This document shows positions 10,670-19,591 of a DNA stretch of 64,000 bases, in pieces. The translations under genes and the position numbers were made by a program. The DNA comes from Acidimicrobiales bacterium (GTDB lineage: Bacteria > Actinomycetota > Acidimicrobiia > Acidimicrobiales > RAAP-2), in the NCBI GenBank assembly GCA_049517675.1, contig JBEKRV010000015.1, forward strand, positions 4,148-68,147, given 5' to 3'. The notes under the pieces were generated by a model. The model ran no database searches and had not been told where the DNA came from. It saw nothing but the letters and a program-made list of their open reading frames with translations. Numbering within the stretch: position 1 is the first letter of the stretch; each line of letters begins with the position of its first letter.

Positions 10670-11575
10670 GTGAACGACCGACCCGAACAGGCGGTGGATG
10701 CCGCGGGTCCCGGCGCATCGCCCCCACCTGCTGTGGAGCGCGGGTCCTCGGTCCGGACCTTCTGGCGGGGGGACGTCCCACTCGGGCGCCAGTTGGACGC
10801 CGGCAGTGCCCCGTGCGACCGCAACGCCGCCTGGATGTGGCTGCTCTTCGCCGGACTCGGATTCCTCGGAGGCCAGGTGCTGGCCGCGGTCTTCGTCGGA
10901 GTCGCCGCCGAACTCGCCGGCCAGCTCCACTCGCTCACCGCGCTGTCGAAGCTGGCCGAACCCCCTACCTGGTACGTGGTCTCCACACTGTTCGGGCTGT
11001 GGGGCGGCTTCCTCGGGGCGGCCGTGCTGGCCAGCCAGATGAAGGGCACCAGGCACTTCCGCACAGACCTCGGGCTCCGGTTCCGCTGGATCGATCTGAT
11101 CGGCATCCCGATCGGGGTCGGCGGCCAGTACCTGATCGCGCTGATGTACGTACCGATCGCGCCCCACGTCCACGACTTCCACCAACGCTTCTCGGCCCCG
11201 GCCCAGCGCCTGACCGGCGGCTCGCACGGTCTGGACTACATCGTGATCGGGGTCGCCACCGTGGTCGGCGCCCCCTTCTTCGAGGAGCTGTTCTTCCGGG
11301 GCGTCCTCCTTCGGTCCCTCGCCCGGTTGTTCGGCAACTGGGGAGGCTGGGTGGGCCCCGGACTCGCCATCGTGATCAGCGGCGTGCTGTTCGGCCTGGC
11401 CCATGCCGAGTCCCTTCAACTCCTCGGACTGGCCGTCTTCGGGGTGATCCTCGGGACCGTGTCGTACCGGACGGGCCGGCTCGGCATGGACATGGTGGCC
11501 CATGCCTCGTTCAACCTCGTGGCGATCGTCGCCGTCGTCTGCCCGACGATCCTCAGCCTCCGGGGCCCGGTGTGA
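10670..11575 (+). CDS. CPBP family intramembrane glutamic endopeptidase (CAAX protease-like)
   Basis: Motifs FFEELFFRG, FGLAHA and HASFNL in a multi-TM protein. I placed the start at GTG 10670, after a G-run. The track start at 10526 would overlap the ftsH start region, so the start is uncertain. Confidence 0.8.
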   Translation: MNDRPEQAVDAAGPGASPPPAVERGSSVRTFWRGDVPLGRQLDAGSAPCDRNAAWMWLLFAGLGFLGGQVLAAVFVGVAAELAGQLHSLTALSKLAEPPTWYVVSTLFGLWGGFLGAAVLASQMKGTRHFRTDLGLRFRWIDLIGIPIGVGGQYLIALMYVPIAPHVHDFHQRFSAPAQRLTGGSHGLDYIVIGVATVVGAPFFEELFFRGVLLRSLARLFGNWGGWVGPGLAIVISGVLFGLAHAESLQLLGLAVFGVILGTVSYRTGRLGMDMVAHASFNLVAIVAVVCPTILSLRGPV

Positions 11576-11576
11576 C

Positions 11577-14144
11577 GTGACGGTGGAGGAGACTGGTGAT
11601 CCGGTAGCAGCGACAGCCGTCGGCGCCGCCGGGCGGCTGGTCGACCCCGGCGTGGAACCGGCGGCCAGCCGCGGCGTCCCTCCGACCCCGACCGGACCGA
11701 TCCGGCCCCGCCGCACCGTCTGGTGGGTCCGCACGACCAATCGTACGGCCTGGCCGGCGTGGTCGAGCGGCGTGGCGATCCTCGGGGTGATCGTCGTCGT
11801 GCTCACCCAGATGCACCCGAACCTGCTCTTCCTCAACACCACCACGGCCGGTGGCGACACCGGGTCCCACGTCGCGCTCCCGGCCTTCCTCGAGTCGAAC
11901 CTGCTCACCCACGGACAGGTGACCGGGTGGGATCCGGGGTGGTACGACGGGTTCCCCCTCTACACCTTCTACTTCCCGTTGCCGGGCCTGGTCACGGTCG
12001 TTCTCAACGCCTTCTTCACCTACGACGTGGCGTTCAAGCTGGTGACGATCCTGGGCAGCCTCCTGCTGCCGGTGTGCGCCTGGGCCTTCGGCCGTCTCGC
12101 CGGCCTGCGCGACCCGGGGCCGGGCTGCCTGGCCGCGGCCACGCTCCCGTTCCTGTTCGAGCCGAGCTTCTCCATCTACGGGGGCAACCTGCTCTCCACA
12201 TTGGCCGGGGAGTTCTCCTATTCGCTCAGCCTGTCCCTGGCCCTGCTGTTCCTCGGCGTGGTGGCCGCCGGACTGCGCACCGGTCGCTATCGGGCGGCGA
12301 CCGCCATGCTCTTCGCCGCGACGCTGCTCTGCCACCTCATCCCCGCGATGTTCGCGGTCGCCGGGGCCGGGATCCTGCTCCTGCTCGATGCCGACCTCCC
12401 GCGACTCCTGGGCCGGAGCCGGCGGGCGGTGGCCGCCGGTCACCGTTGGGGCGGACGGGTGCTGTGGTCGGTGGTGGCCGGCGCCGTCGGCCTGGGACTC
12501 ACCGCATGGTGGCTCGTCCCCTTCATCGCCGAGCAGTCGTACACGACGAACATGGGGTACACCAAGGTGTTCGGCTACCCCGGCCTCCTGTTCCCCGGGT
12601 CGGCCCGGTGGGTGCTCATCGTCGACGTGGTGGGCCTGGTGGCCATGGTGGCCCGCCGCAACCGGGTGGCTCTCTTCATCGTGTTGATGGGGGGGCTGTC
12701 GGCCGCCGCGGTGATCCTCGACCCGGCCGGCAAGCTCTACAACGTCCGGTTCCTCCCGCTCTGGTTCCTCTGCCTCTACCTCCTGGCCGGGTACGCCGTC
12801 GCCGAGGTCGTCGCCGCCACCGCCCGGTGGACGCGCCGACGGAGGCTCAACGTGTGGGTGCGCGCCGTCCGCGGACGACTGAGGTCGATGCCCGAATCGA
12901 CGTGGCTCCCGGGGATGAGGATCAGCCACTACCGGCGCCCGGTGCCCCTGGCGGTGCCGGCAGGGGCCGTGATCGGACCACTGGTGGCACTCGCCGCGGC
13001 GTGCCTCGCCGTCGTCCCGCCACTGGCCGTCCCGGCCGCCACCCTGGCCAAGATCGGGGTGCACGTCGGCCCGGACCAGCCGAGCGCCTGGGCGGAGTGG
13101 AACTACACGGGCTACGAGCGCAAGCCGGACTATCCCGAGTTCCAGGCGGTCATCCAGATGATGGAGTCGGTGGGCGCCGAACAGGGGTGCGGTCGGGCGA
13201 TGTGGGAGTACGACCCGTCGCTCAACCGGTTCGGGACGACCGAGTCACTGATGCTGCTCCCGTACTTCACCCACGGGTGCATCGACTCGATGGAGGGGCT
13301 GCTGTTCGAGTCGTCCTCCACCACGCCCTTCCACTTCATCAACCAGAACGAACTGTCCCCCAACCCGTCGGACGCGGTGGTCGGCCTGCCCTACGGAGGC
13401 CTCGACATCCCGCTCGGGATCCAGCACCTCCAATTGATGGGCGTCCGCTACCTGCTCACCTCGTCGACCACGGACCAGGACGCGGTGTCCGCCGACCCCA
13501 ACGCCGTCCTGGTGGGCACCTCCGGACCATGGAGCACCGACTACAACGGCGAGTCGCTCGACACCACCTGGAAGGTCTACCGGATCTCCGATTCGCAGTT
13601 GGTGGTCCCGTTGGCCAACCGACCGGTGGTGTGGCAGGGGATCGGCCCCAGTCAGTCGAGCTGGCTGGCACCGGCGCTGGGCTGGTACGACACACCCACC
13701 CGATGGAACGTGGTCCCGGCAGCCGACGGACCTCCGGACTGGACCCGGGTGGCCATCGGTGACAAACGGCCCGGTGTGGAGCCCGAACCTGCCACCACCG
13801 TGTCCGACGTGGGCCAGACCCCCGAAGGCGTGACCTTCCACGTCGACAGGGTGGGCACGCCCATCGAGGTCCGGGTGTCGTACTTCCCGAACTGGCACGC
13901 GACGGGGGCCGAGGGGCCCTTCCGGGTCGCACCCAATCTGATGGTAGTGGTCCCCACCAGCCACGACGTGAGCCTCTCCTACGGTCGAAGCCCCGCCGAC
14001 GACGTCGGCCAGCTGATCACCGTGCTCTCGCTGGTGGCCGTCGTCGCACTCGTGGTCGTCGACCGCCGCTCGAGGCGGGCCAGGCGGTCCGGCCGGTCCG
14101 GGACGGGCGGACGGCCTGCGTGGCCGGGGCCCGCGATCCGATGA
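11577..14144 (+). CDS. Large polytopic membrane protein with a big extracytoplasmic C-terminal domain (GT-C-like / PTPS-related membrane protein family candidate)
   Basis: About 855 aa from GTG 11577, which is 2 nt after the CPBP stop. It has about 12 hydrophobic helices and an N-terminal motif NTTTAGGDTGSHVALPAF...GWDPGWYDGFPLYTFYFPL, then a 400-aa soluble domain and a terminal TM helix. The family assignment is tentative. Confidence 0.7.
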   Translation: MTVEETGDPVAATAVGAAGRLVDPGVEPAASRGVPPTPTGPIRPRRTVWWVRTTNRTAWPAWSSGVAILGVIVVVLTQMHPNLLFLNTTTAGGDTGSHVALPAFLESNLLTHGQVTGWDPGWYDGFPLYTFYFPLPGLVTVVLNAFFTYDVAFKLVTILGSLLLPVCAWAFGRLAGLRDPGPGCLAAATLPFLFEPSFSIYGGNLLSTLAGEFSYSLSLSLALLFLGVVAAGLRTGRYRAATAMLFAATLLCHLIPAMFAVAGAGILLLLDADLPRLLGRSRRAVAAGHRWGGRVLWSVVAGAVGLGLTAWWLVPFIAEQSYTTNMGYTKVFGYPGLLFPGSARWVLIVDVVGLVAMVARRNRVALFIVLMGGLSAAAVILDPAGKLYNVRFLPLWFLCLYLLAGYAVAEVVAATARWTRRRRLNVWVRAVRGRLRSMPESTWLPGMRISHYRRPVPLAVPAGAVIGPLVALAAACLAVVPPLAVPAATLAKIGVHVGPDQPSAWAEWNYTGYERKPDYPEFQAVIQMMESVGAEQGCGRAMWEYDPSLNRFGTTESLMLLPYFTHGCIDSMEGLLFESSSTTPFHFINQNELSPNPSDAVVGLPYGGLDIPLGIQHLQLMGVRYLLTSSTTDQDAVSADPNAVLVGTSGPWSTDYNGESLDTTWKVYRISDSQLVVPLANRPVVWQGIGPSQSSWLAPALGWYDTPTRWNVVPAADGPPDWTRVAIGDKRPGVEPEPATTVSDVGQTPEGVTFHVDRVGTPIEVRVSYFPNWHATGAEGPFRVAPNLMVVVPTSHDVSLSYGRSPADDVGQLITVLSLVAVVALVVVDRRSRRARRSGRSGTGGRPAWPGPAIR

Positions 14145-14788
14145 CCTACCGGCTCGGGATGTTCCCGCTCTCGACCGTGCTCTTCCCGGAGGCAGGTCTA
14201 CCCCTCCACGTGTTCGAGGAGCGGTACCGGGTCCTCATGGCCCACTGTCTGGACGCCGACGGCACCTTCGGCGTGGTCCTCATCTCGCGCGGTTCAGAGG
14301 TCGGCGGCGGCGACGAGCGTGTCGACGTCGGAACGCTCGCCCGCATCGCCAACGTGGCCGAGCTCGAGGACGGTCGCATGCTGGTCGTGGCCACGGGTGT
14401 CCGGAGGGTCAGGGTGGAGGAGTGGCTGCCCGACGGCCCCTACCCCCGTGCCCGGGTGGTCGACCTTCCCGACCGGGTCGCCACCTGCTCCGCCGGGCTG
14501 CTCGCCACGGCCGAGGGCTCGCTGCGCCGGCTGCGGTCGCTCCTGTCCGAGCTCGGCGACGTGCCCGCCCTTCCGCACAGCCTGCGGATCTCGGGTGGAC
14601 AGGACCAGATCGGCTGGCAGCTCTGCGACATGGCGCCCCTGGCCTCGATCGACCTGCAGCGGCTCCTCGTGGCCGACGGTCTGGAGGCGCGGATGACGCT
14701 CCTGGCCGAACTGTGCGACGCGATGGCCGGCGACGTCATCGGCCTGTTGTCGGACAGGGACGGCGGGGGGGCCGAGGAGCCCGCATAG
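14141..14788 (+). CDS. LON peptidase N-terminal substrate-binding domain protein (stand-alone)
   Basis: The ATG at 14141 overlaps the upstream stop (ATGA). The sequence MTYRLGMFPLSTVLFPEAGLPLHVFEERYRVLM is the classic LON N-domain start. At 215 aa it has no ATPase or protease domain. Confidence 0.8.
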   Translation: MTYRLGMFPLSTVLFPEAGLPLHVFEERYRVLMAHCLDADGTFGVVLISRGSEVGGGDERVDVGTLARIANVAELEDGRMLVVATGVRRVRVEEWLPDGPYPRARVVDLPDRVATCSAGLLATAEGSLRRLRSLLSELGDVPALPHSLRISGGQDQIGWQLCDMAPLASIDLQRLLVADGLEARMTLLAELCDAMAGDVIGLLSDRDGGGAEEPA

Positions 14789-14801
14789 GCTCCGGCGGTG
14801 C

Positions 14802-16385
14802 TCAGGGCACCTCGCGCTGGACCAGGAACGCGGTGATCCCGTCGGCCAGGCCCTGGGCCGCCTGCTGGCGCCACGCCGGGTTCTCGGTCAGCGCGGCGTC
14901 GGCCGGATTCTGCATGTTGGCGCACTCGACGAGAACCTTCGGGACCGTGGAGAGATTGAGTCCTCCGAGGTCGTCACGCGGGTCGATCCCGTCGCTCCCC
15001 GCATAGTCGGACACCTGTTCACCGGTGTCCTCCAGGAAGCTGTTCCGCACGTCGGTCCCGAGCTGGACCGAGGCCGGCACGATCGGGGTGTCGTTGCTGA
15101 TGCTGCTGACCACCGGGAGCGGAACGTCGACGGCGAAGCCCCGGCCCGTGACCGGACCGCCGTCGGCGTGGATGGAGATGGCGGCATCCGACCCGTCGTC
15201 GTTGCCGATGGCGGCCCGCACGTTCACGCACGGTCCGACCCCCACGTCGGTGTAGCGGGTGAGCACCACGGTGGCGCCACCCGCCTCGAGCAGGGCGGCC
15301 AGGCGGGTGGCCACGTCGAAGTTGAAGGCATGCTCGGGATAGCCGGAGGCTGTCTCGGTGCCGGCCGTGTCACACGGCTCGGCGAGCCCGCCGCCGTCGA
15401 TCGGCTGATCGATGAAGGAGGGGTCCGAGCCGTTGGCGCCGTCGTGGCCCGGATCGATGGTCACGACCTCGCCCACCAGCGGTGGTACGTGCACCGAGCC
15501 GAGGTATGCGGCGCCGCCGAAGTCGTAGACGGACCCGTCGGCCGAGACGACCCGGTAACCGGTACCGCTGGAATCGAGGGACACGGCCGCCCTCTGGAGA
15601 AGTCCGACCGCCGAGCCGGCGAACGGGGTCCCGAAGGAGAACAGCCCGCCGTCGGCCGCCACCAGCCGGTATCCGCCGGCCCCTCCGCCGGACTGCACCC
15701 CGACGACCGGCGAGTTGAGTTGGATGCCGCCCATGGACCCGAGGAACCGCGCGTCGCCGAAGGCGAAGACGCCCCCGTCGGAGGCGACCAGCCAGTAGCC
15801 CCCTCCATCGGGAGCGGCGGCCATGCCCACCACCGGCCGGTTCAACGGCACGCGGCCCATGGACCCGAGGAACCGCGCGTCGCCGAAGGCGAAGACGCCC
15901 CCGTCGGAGGCGACCAGCCAGTAGCCACCGCCGTCGGGGGTCGCGGCCATCCCGACGATGGGCGCGTTCAGCGGCAGGCCACCCATCGAACCGTGGAACC
16001 GGGCGTCGCCGAAGGCGAAGACGCCCCCGTCGGAGGCGACCAGCCAGTAGCCCTGGAAGTCGGACGTCGCTGCCATTCCGACCACGGGTTCCACCAGCGG
16101 GAGTGCGCCGGCCGATCCCTCGAACGGGGCACCGAACGCGAAGACCCCGCCGTCCGAGGCCGTCAGCCAGTAGCCACCGGTGAGGGCGTCCCCGGCCGAT
16201 GCGACGACGAGGTGGGTACTGGCGACCACGAGCTGGTGCGGGACGGGGGACGCGCCACCGGGTCGGCCCGCTGCCACGCCGCCGGCTGCGGACGTGCCGG
16301 CCACCACCGAGGTGACGAGGGCGAACACGGAGGCCGCAAGCCGGGCCCGACGGCCTCGTGCGTGACCGGAGGAGGTTCTGTCCAT
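14802..16385 (-). CDS. Secreted N-acetylmuramoyl-L-alanine amidase (Amidase_3) with an N-terminal six-repeat domain
   Basis: 527 aa with a signal-like N-terminus. The C-terminal domain has VTIDPGHDG...EHAFNFDVATRL...ISIHADGG...LVECANMQNP. The N-terminus carries six repeats of about 42 aa: GYWLVASDGGVFAFGDARFLGSMG. Confidence 0.85.
   Translation of the reverse strand: MDRTSSGHARGRRARLAASVFALVTSVVAGTSAAGGVAAGRPGGASPVPHQLVVASTHLVVASAGDALTGGYWLTASDGGVFAFGAPFEGSAGALPLVEPVVGMAATSDFQGYWLVASDGGVFAFGDARFHGSMGGLPLNAPIVGMAATPDGGGYWLVASDGGVFAFGDARFLGSMGRVPLNRPVVGMAAAPDGGGYWLVASDGGVFAFGDARFLGSMGGIQLNSPVVGVQSGGGAGGYRLVAADGGLFSFGTPFAGSAVGLLQRAAVSLDSSGTGYRVVSADGSVYDFGGAAYLGSVHVPPLVGEVVTIDPGHDGANGSDPSFIDQPIDGGGLAEPCDTAGTETASGYPEHAFNFDVATRLAALLEAGGATVVLTRYTDVGVGPCVNVRAAIGNDDGSDAAISIHADGGPVTGRGFAVDVPLPVVSSISNDTPIVPASVQLGTDVRNSFLEDTGEQVSDYAGSDGIDPRDDLGGLNLSTVPKVLVECANMQNPADAALTENPAWRQQAAQGLADGITAFLVQREVP
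15425..16175 (-). repeat. Intragenic 126-nt tandem repeats (six copies, three near-identical)
   Basis: The period is 126 nt. A 70-nt stretch is identical at 15731-15800 and 15857-15926, and a third copy from 15983 shares 50 identical nt. Confidence 0.9.
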
Positions 16386-16413
16386 GGCCAGATCCTGGCA
16401 CGGGGGCCTGGCC

Positions 16414-16419
16414 TAGGAT
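16414..16419 (+). promoter_or_regulatory. -10-like box TAGGAT, 9 nt upstream of the manB ATG (leaderless candidate)
   Basis: TAnnnT hexamer. There is no SD between it and the ATG at 16429. Confidence 0.3.
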
Positions 16420-16428
16420 GAGCACTCC

Positions 16429-17820
16429 ATGACCTCACTCTCCAACGTCTTCAAGGCCTACGACATCCGAGGGATCGTCCCCGACGAGCTGGACGCGGTC
16501 ATGTTCCGGGCCATCGGCGTGGCCGTCGCCCGGTTCACCGGTGCCCCGACCGTGCTGGTGGCTCGCGACATGCGGGAGTCGGGGGTGGCCCTGTCCCAGG
16601 CGTTCGCGCTGGGCGTCCGGTCCGAAGGCGTCGGCGTCGTCGATCTGGGGCTCGCCTCGACCGACCTGCTGTACTTCGCGGCGGGGAGCCTGGACGCCCC
16701 AGGCGCCATGTTCACCGCGTCGCACAACCCGGCCCGGTACAACGGCCTCAAGCTGTGCCTGGCGGGGGCTCGGCCGATCGGACGCGACACCGGCCTGGCC
16801 GAGATCCAGTCCACCGCCGAGTCGCTGCTCGACGAGTGGTCGGCTGACGGTCCACCGGAACCCGATCCGGCCACGCTCGGACCGATCGAACACCGGTCGG
16901 TCCTCGACGCCTACGCCGACCACGTGCGCTCGTTCGTGGACACCGGGGCGCTCCGCCCGCTGAAGGTGGTGGCCGACACGGCCAACGGGATGGGCGGCCT
17001 GGTCGCGCCCAAGGTCTTCGAGGGGCTCCCCTTCGACGTGGAGATCCTCTATCCCGAGCTGGACGGCAACTTCCCCAACCATCCGGCCGACCCCATCCAG
17101 CCCGAGAACCTGGTCGCGCTCCGACAGGTCGTCCTCGACACCGGCGCTGACGTCGGTCTCGCCTTCGACGGCGACGCCGACCGGGTGTTCCTGGTCGACG
17201 AGAAGGCCGAACCGGTGTCCGGCTCCCTCACCACCGCCCTGGTGGCCGCCGCTCTGCTCGACAAGTTCCCGGGCTCGACGGTGCTCTACAACTGCATCTG
17301 CTCCCGGGTGGTTCCCGAGGTCATCGCCGAGAAGGGCGGGGTCGGCGTGCGGACGAAGGTGGGTCACAGTTACATCAAGCAGGTGATGGCCGAGACGGGG
17401 GCGGTGTTCGGCGGTGAGCACTCCGGCCACTACTACTTCCGGGACAACTACCGGGCCGACTCCGGCATCATCGCCGCCATGCTGGTTCTCGAGGTCCTGA
17501 GCGTGACGGGCAAGCCGCTGTCGGAGCTGCTGGAGCCCTACAAGCGCTACGCCGCGTCGGGCGAGATCAACACCGTGGTCGACGATCCGGCCGGGGCTGT
17601 CGAGATGTTGGCGGCCGAGGTGGAGGCCGCGGGCGGCGCCCTCGGCACGGCCGACCGGATCGACGGGCTCACCGTCGACCGGGGCGACTGGTGGTACAAC
17701 CTGCGCCCGTCGAACACCGAGCCGCTGCTCCGGCTCAACGTCGAGTCCCGCGACGAGGTGTCGTGCGCGGCCCATGTCGTCGAGGTGCAGGCGGAGATCG
17801 CCCGTCTGCTCGGCACCTGA
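16429..17820 (+). CDS. manB: Phosphomannomutase/phosphoglucomutase
   Basis: 463 aa. It has the active-site loop TASHNPARYNGLK, the Mg site FDGDADR, and the sugar-binding motif GGEHSGH. Confidence 0.93.
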   Translation: MTSLSNVFKAYDIRGIVPDELDAVMFRAIGVAVARFTGAPTVLVARDMRESGVALSQAFALGVRSEGVGVVDLGLASTDLLYFAAGSLDAPGAMFTASHNPARYNGLKLCLAGARPIGRDTGLAEIQSTAESLLDEWSADGPPEPDPATLGPIEHRSVLDAYADHVRSFVDTGALRPLKVVADTANGMGGLVAPKVFEGLPFDVEILYPELDGNFPNHPADPIQPENLVALRQVVLDTGADVGLAFDGDADRVFLVDEKAEPVSGSLTTALVAAALLDKFPGSTVLYNCICSRVVPEVIAEKGGVGVRTKVGHSYIKQVMAETGAVFGGEHSGHYYFRDNYRADSGIIAAMLVLEVLSVTGKPLSELLEPYKRYAASGEINTVVDDPAGAVEMLAAEVEAAGGALGTADRIDGLTVDRGDWWYNLRPSNTEPLLRLNVESRDEVSCAAHVVEVQAEIARLLGT

Positions 17821-17834
17821 CGGTGATGACCGAA

Positions 17835-17885
17835 CCCGTGACACCGTGAGACCCGTGACACTGTGAGACCCGTGACACCGTGAGA
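17835..17885. repeat. 17-bp tandem repeat x3 (CCCGTGACACCGTGAGA)
   Basis: Copies are at 17835-17851, 17852-17868 (one C-to-T change) and 17869-17885. They fill most of the 76-bp manB-trm112 spacer and end at the RBS GAGAGAGGAA. Confidence 0.95.
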
Positions 17886-17896
17886 GAGGAACCCCG

Positions 17897-18142
17897 ATGA
17901 CGCTGGACCCCCTGCTGATCGATGTGCTGGCCTGCCCCGAGGACAAGGGTCCGCTGCTGTACTTCGCGGACGAGAACCTGCTCTTCAACCCCCGCCTCCA
18001 CCGCACCTACCCGGTGCGGGACGGCATACCCGTGATGCTGATCGACGAGGCGACGACGGTGGACGCTGCCGAGGACGCCCGGCTGACGTCCAAGGCGGCC
18101 GCCGGAGGCGCCGTGTCCACGAGCAGCCCCGCCGGGGCGTGA
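17897..18142 (+). CDS. Trm112 family protein
   Basis: 81 aa. The motifs LLIDVLACPEDKGPLLYF and YPVRDGIPVMLIDEA are characteristic of bacterial Trm112/UPF0434. Confidence 0.85.
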   Translation: MTLDPLLIDVLACPEDKGPLLYFADENLLFNPRLHRTYPVRDGIPVMLIDEATTVDAAEDARLTSKAAAGGAVSTSSPAGA

Positions 18143-19188
18143 CCCCCGTGCCGCTGCCCGTGGACTCCCGCGACCTGTGGGAGTCCACGATGGGACTACC
18201 CGAGCAGGTGGCTGCGGCGGCTGATGCCGCCTCGGCCGTGGACGACCTCCCGGGTCACGACAAGGTGGAGAACGTCGTCGTCCTGGGAATGGGCGACAGC
18301 GGCATCGTGGGGGACGTCCTCACGGCAGTGGCGGCCCCCTTCATGCCGGTACCGGTCACCGTGGTGAAGGGCTATGTGCCGCCCGACTACGTGGGGACCG
18401 GCTCGTTCGTGATCGCCGTCTCCTTCTCGGGTGACACGGAGGAGACGGTCGAAGCCGCGACCGCGGCATTCGAGGCCGGCGCAGCCCTGGTCGTGGTGTC
18501 CGGCGGGGGTGAACTCGTGCGGCTCTCCGGCGAATGGGACGTGCCGCTCGTCCCCGTCCCGGTGTCGATCCCCGAAGCGAGGACCGCGCTCGGGGCCATG
18601 GCCGTCCCGCCGCTGGTGTTGCTGGAGCGGATCGGACTGTTCCCCGGCGCCCGGCAGTGGATCGACCAGGCGGTGGTCCAACTGCACCGCCGGCGGGACC
18701 AGCTCGACCGGTCCGGGAGCGTGGCCGAGGCCGTGGCCCGGAGGATCGGTCGGACCATCCCTCTCGTCCACAGCTCCCAGGACCTGGGTGCGGCAGCGGC
18801 TCTGCGCTGGAAGTGCCAGATCAACGAGAACGCCAAGGCACCCGCGTTCTGGAACGTCCACCCCGAGCTGTGCCACAACGAGGTGGCCGGCTGGGGGCAG
18901 AACGGCGATGCCACCCGCCAGCTGGTGACGCTCGTGAACCTGCGCCATGACGCCGAGCACCCCCAGGTGAGCCGGAGGTTCGACCTGGTCACCGATCTGC
19001 TCCGCGAGGTCATGGCCGACGTCGTGGAGGTCCGGGCCGCCGGCGAGGGCGATCTGGCCCAGCTCCTCGACCTCGCCCTGGTGGGAGATGTGGTGTCCCT
19101 GCTGTTGGCAGGCCACGAAGGGATCGACCCCGGTCCGGTCCCCGCGGTCGATGACATCAAGCGCGCGCTCTCCGGTGTGGACGCCTGA
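18139..19188 (+). CDS. SIS-domain bifunctional phosphoglucose/phosphomannose isomerase
   Basis: 349 aa. The GTG overlaps the trm112 stop (GTGA). It has a SIS pattern (VVVLGMGDSGIVGD, SFSGDTEET) and a C-terminal WKCQINENAKAPAFWNVHPELCHNE, and lies in manB synteny. Confidence 0.75.
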   Translation: MTPVPLPVDSRDLWESTMGLPEQVAAAADAASAVDDLPGHDKVENVVVLGMGDSGIVGDVLTAVAAPFMPVPVTVVKGYVPPDYVGTGSFVIAVSFSGDTEETVEAATAAFEAGAALVVVSGGGELVRLSGEWDVPLVPVPVSIPEARTALGAMAVPPLVLLERIGLFPGARQWIDQAVVQLHRRRDQLDRSGSVAEAVARRIGRTIPLVHSSQDLGAAAALRWKCQINENAKAPAFWNVHPELCHNEVAGWGQNGDATRQLVTLVNLRHDAEHPQVSRRFDLVTDLLREVMADVVEVRAAGEGDLAQLLDLALVGDVVSLLLAGHEGIDPGPVPAVDDIKRALSGVDA

Positions 19189-19276
19189 TCACAGGCGTCA
19201 TCCAGAGCCGGTCCCGCTCCATTGTTTCGATTCGATGACGTCCGGGTGGCAAGCCCGTGAACTCGGCGAGGGGAAG

Positions 19277-19305
19277 TTAACTTTGCGGGCGGGCGGGCGT
19301 AGACT
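19277..19305 (+). promoter_or_regulatory. Predicted promoter of the hpf-upstream RNA
   Basis: TTAACT (19277-19282), an exact 17-nt spacer, then TAGACT (19300-19305). The expected TSS at about 19311-19313 coincides with the 5' end of the long-range helix. Confidence 0.45.
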
Positions 19306-19312
19306 CCTCGTC

Positions 19313-19591
19313 GTGAGCAGCGTGCGGGTCTGTGGTTGCAAGTCGAAGCCAGTCGCAGGCAAAACGACCCACGTAAGGCAACTCATGGTTGCTGAGCATG
19401 GTGCGGCTTAGGAGTAAGCCCTGCCCGCGGCGTCCCCGGCTGTCGGGGGCGGGCGGAGAGGAGATGACGCGTGCCCCGAGGGGCCCCGCAGGGTGTCCGA
19501 CCGGTGACGGTCGCCACCGCCGGGGTCCGGCCGCAACTCTCCCTGCAGGCGAGTGTGGGGTCAAAGACCAGGTCAGCCGCACGCTGCTCGC
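19313..19591 (+). ncRNA. Structured RNA candidate (raiA-motif-like) upstream of hpf
   Basis: A 15-bp closing helix pairs 19313-19327 with 19577-19591. It has 13 perfect pairs (GAGCAGCGTGCGG/CCGCACGCTGCTC), one G-C pair, and one U-G wobble that is valid only on the + strand. Nested hairpins are at 19405-19420 (GGCUUA-GGAG-UAAGCC), 19423-19454, and 19498-19513 with a GUGA (GNRA) tetraloop. The surrounding 493-bp gap has no credible ORF. Confidence 0.5.
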
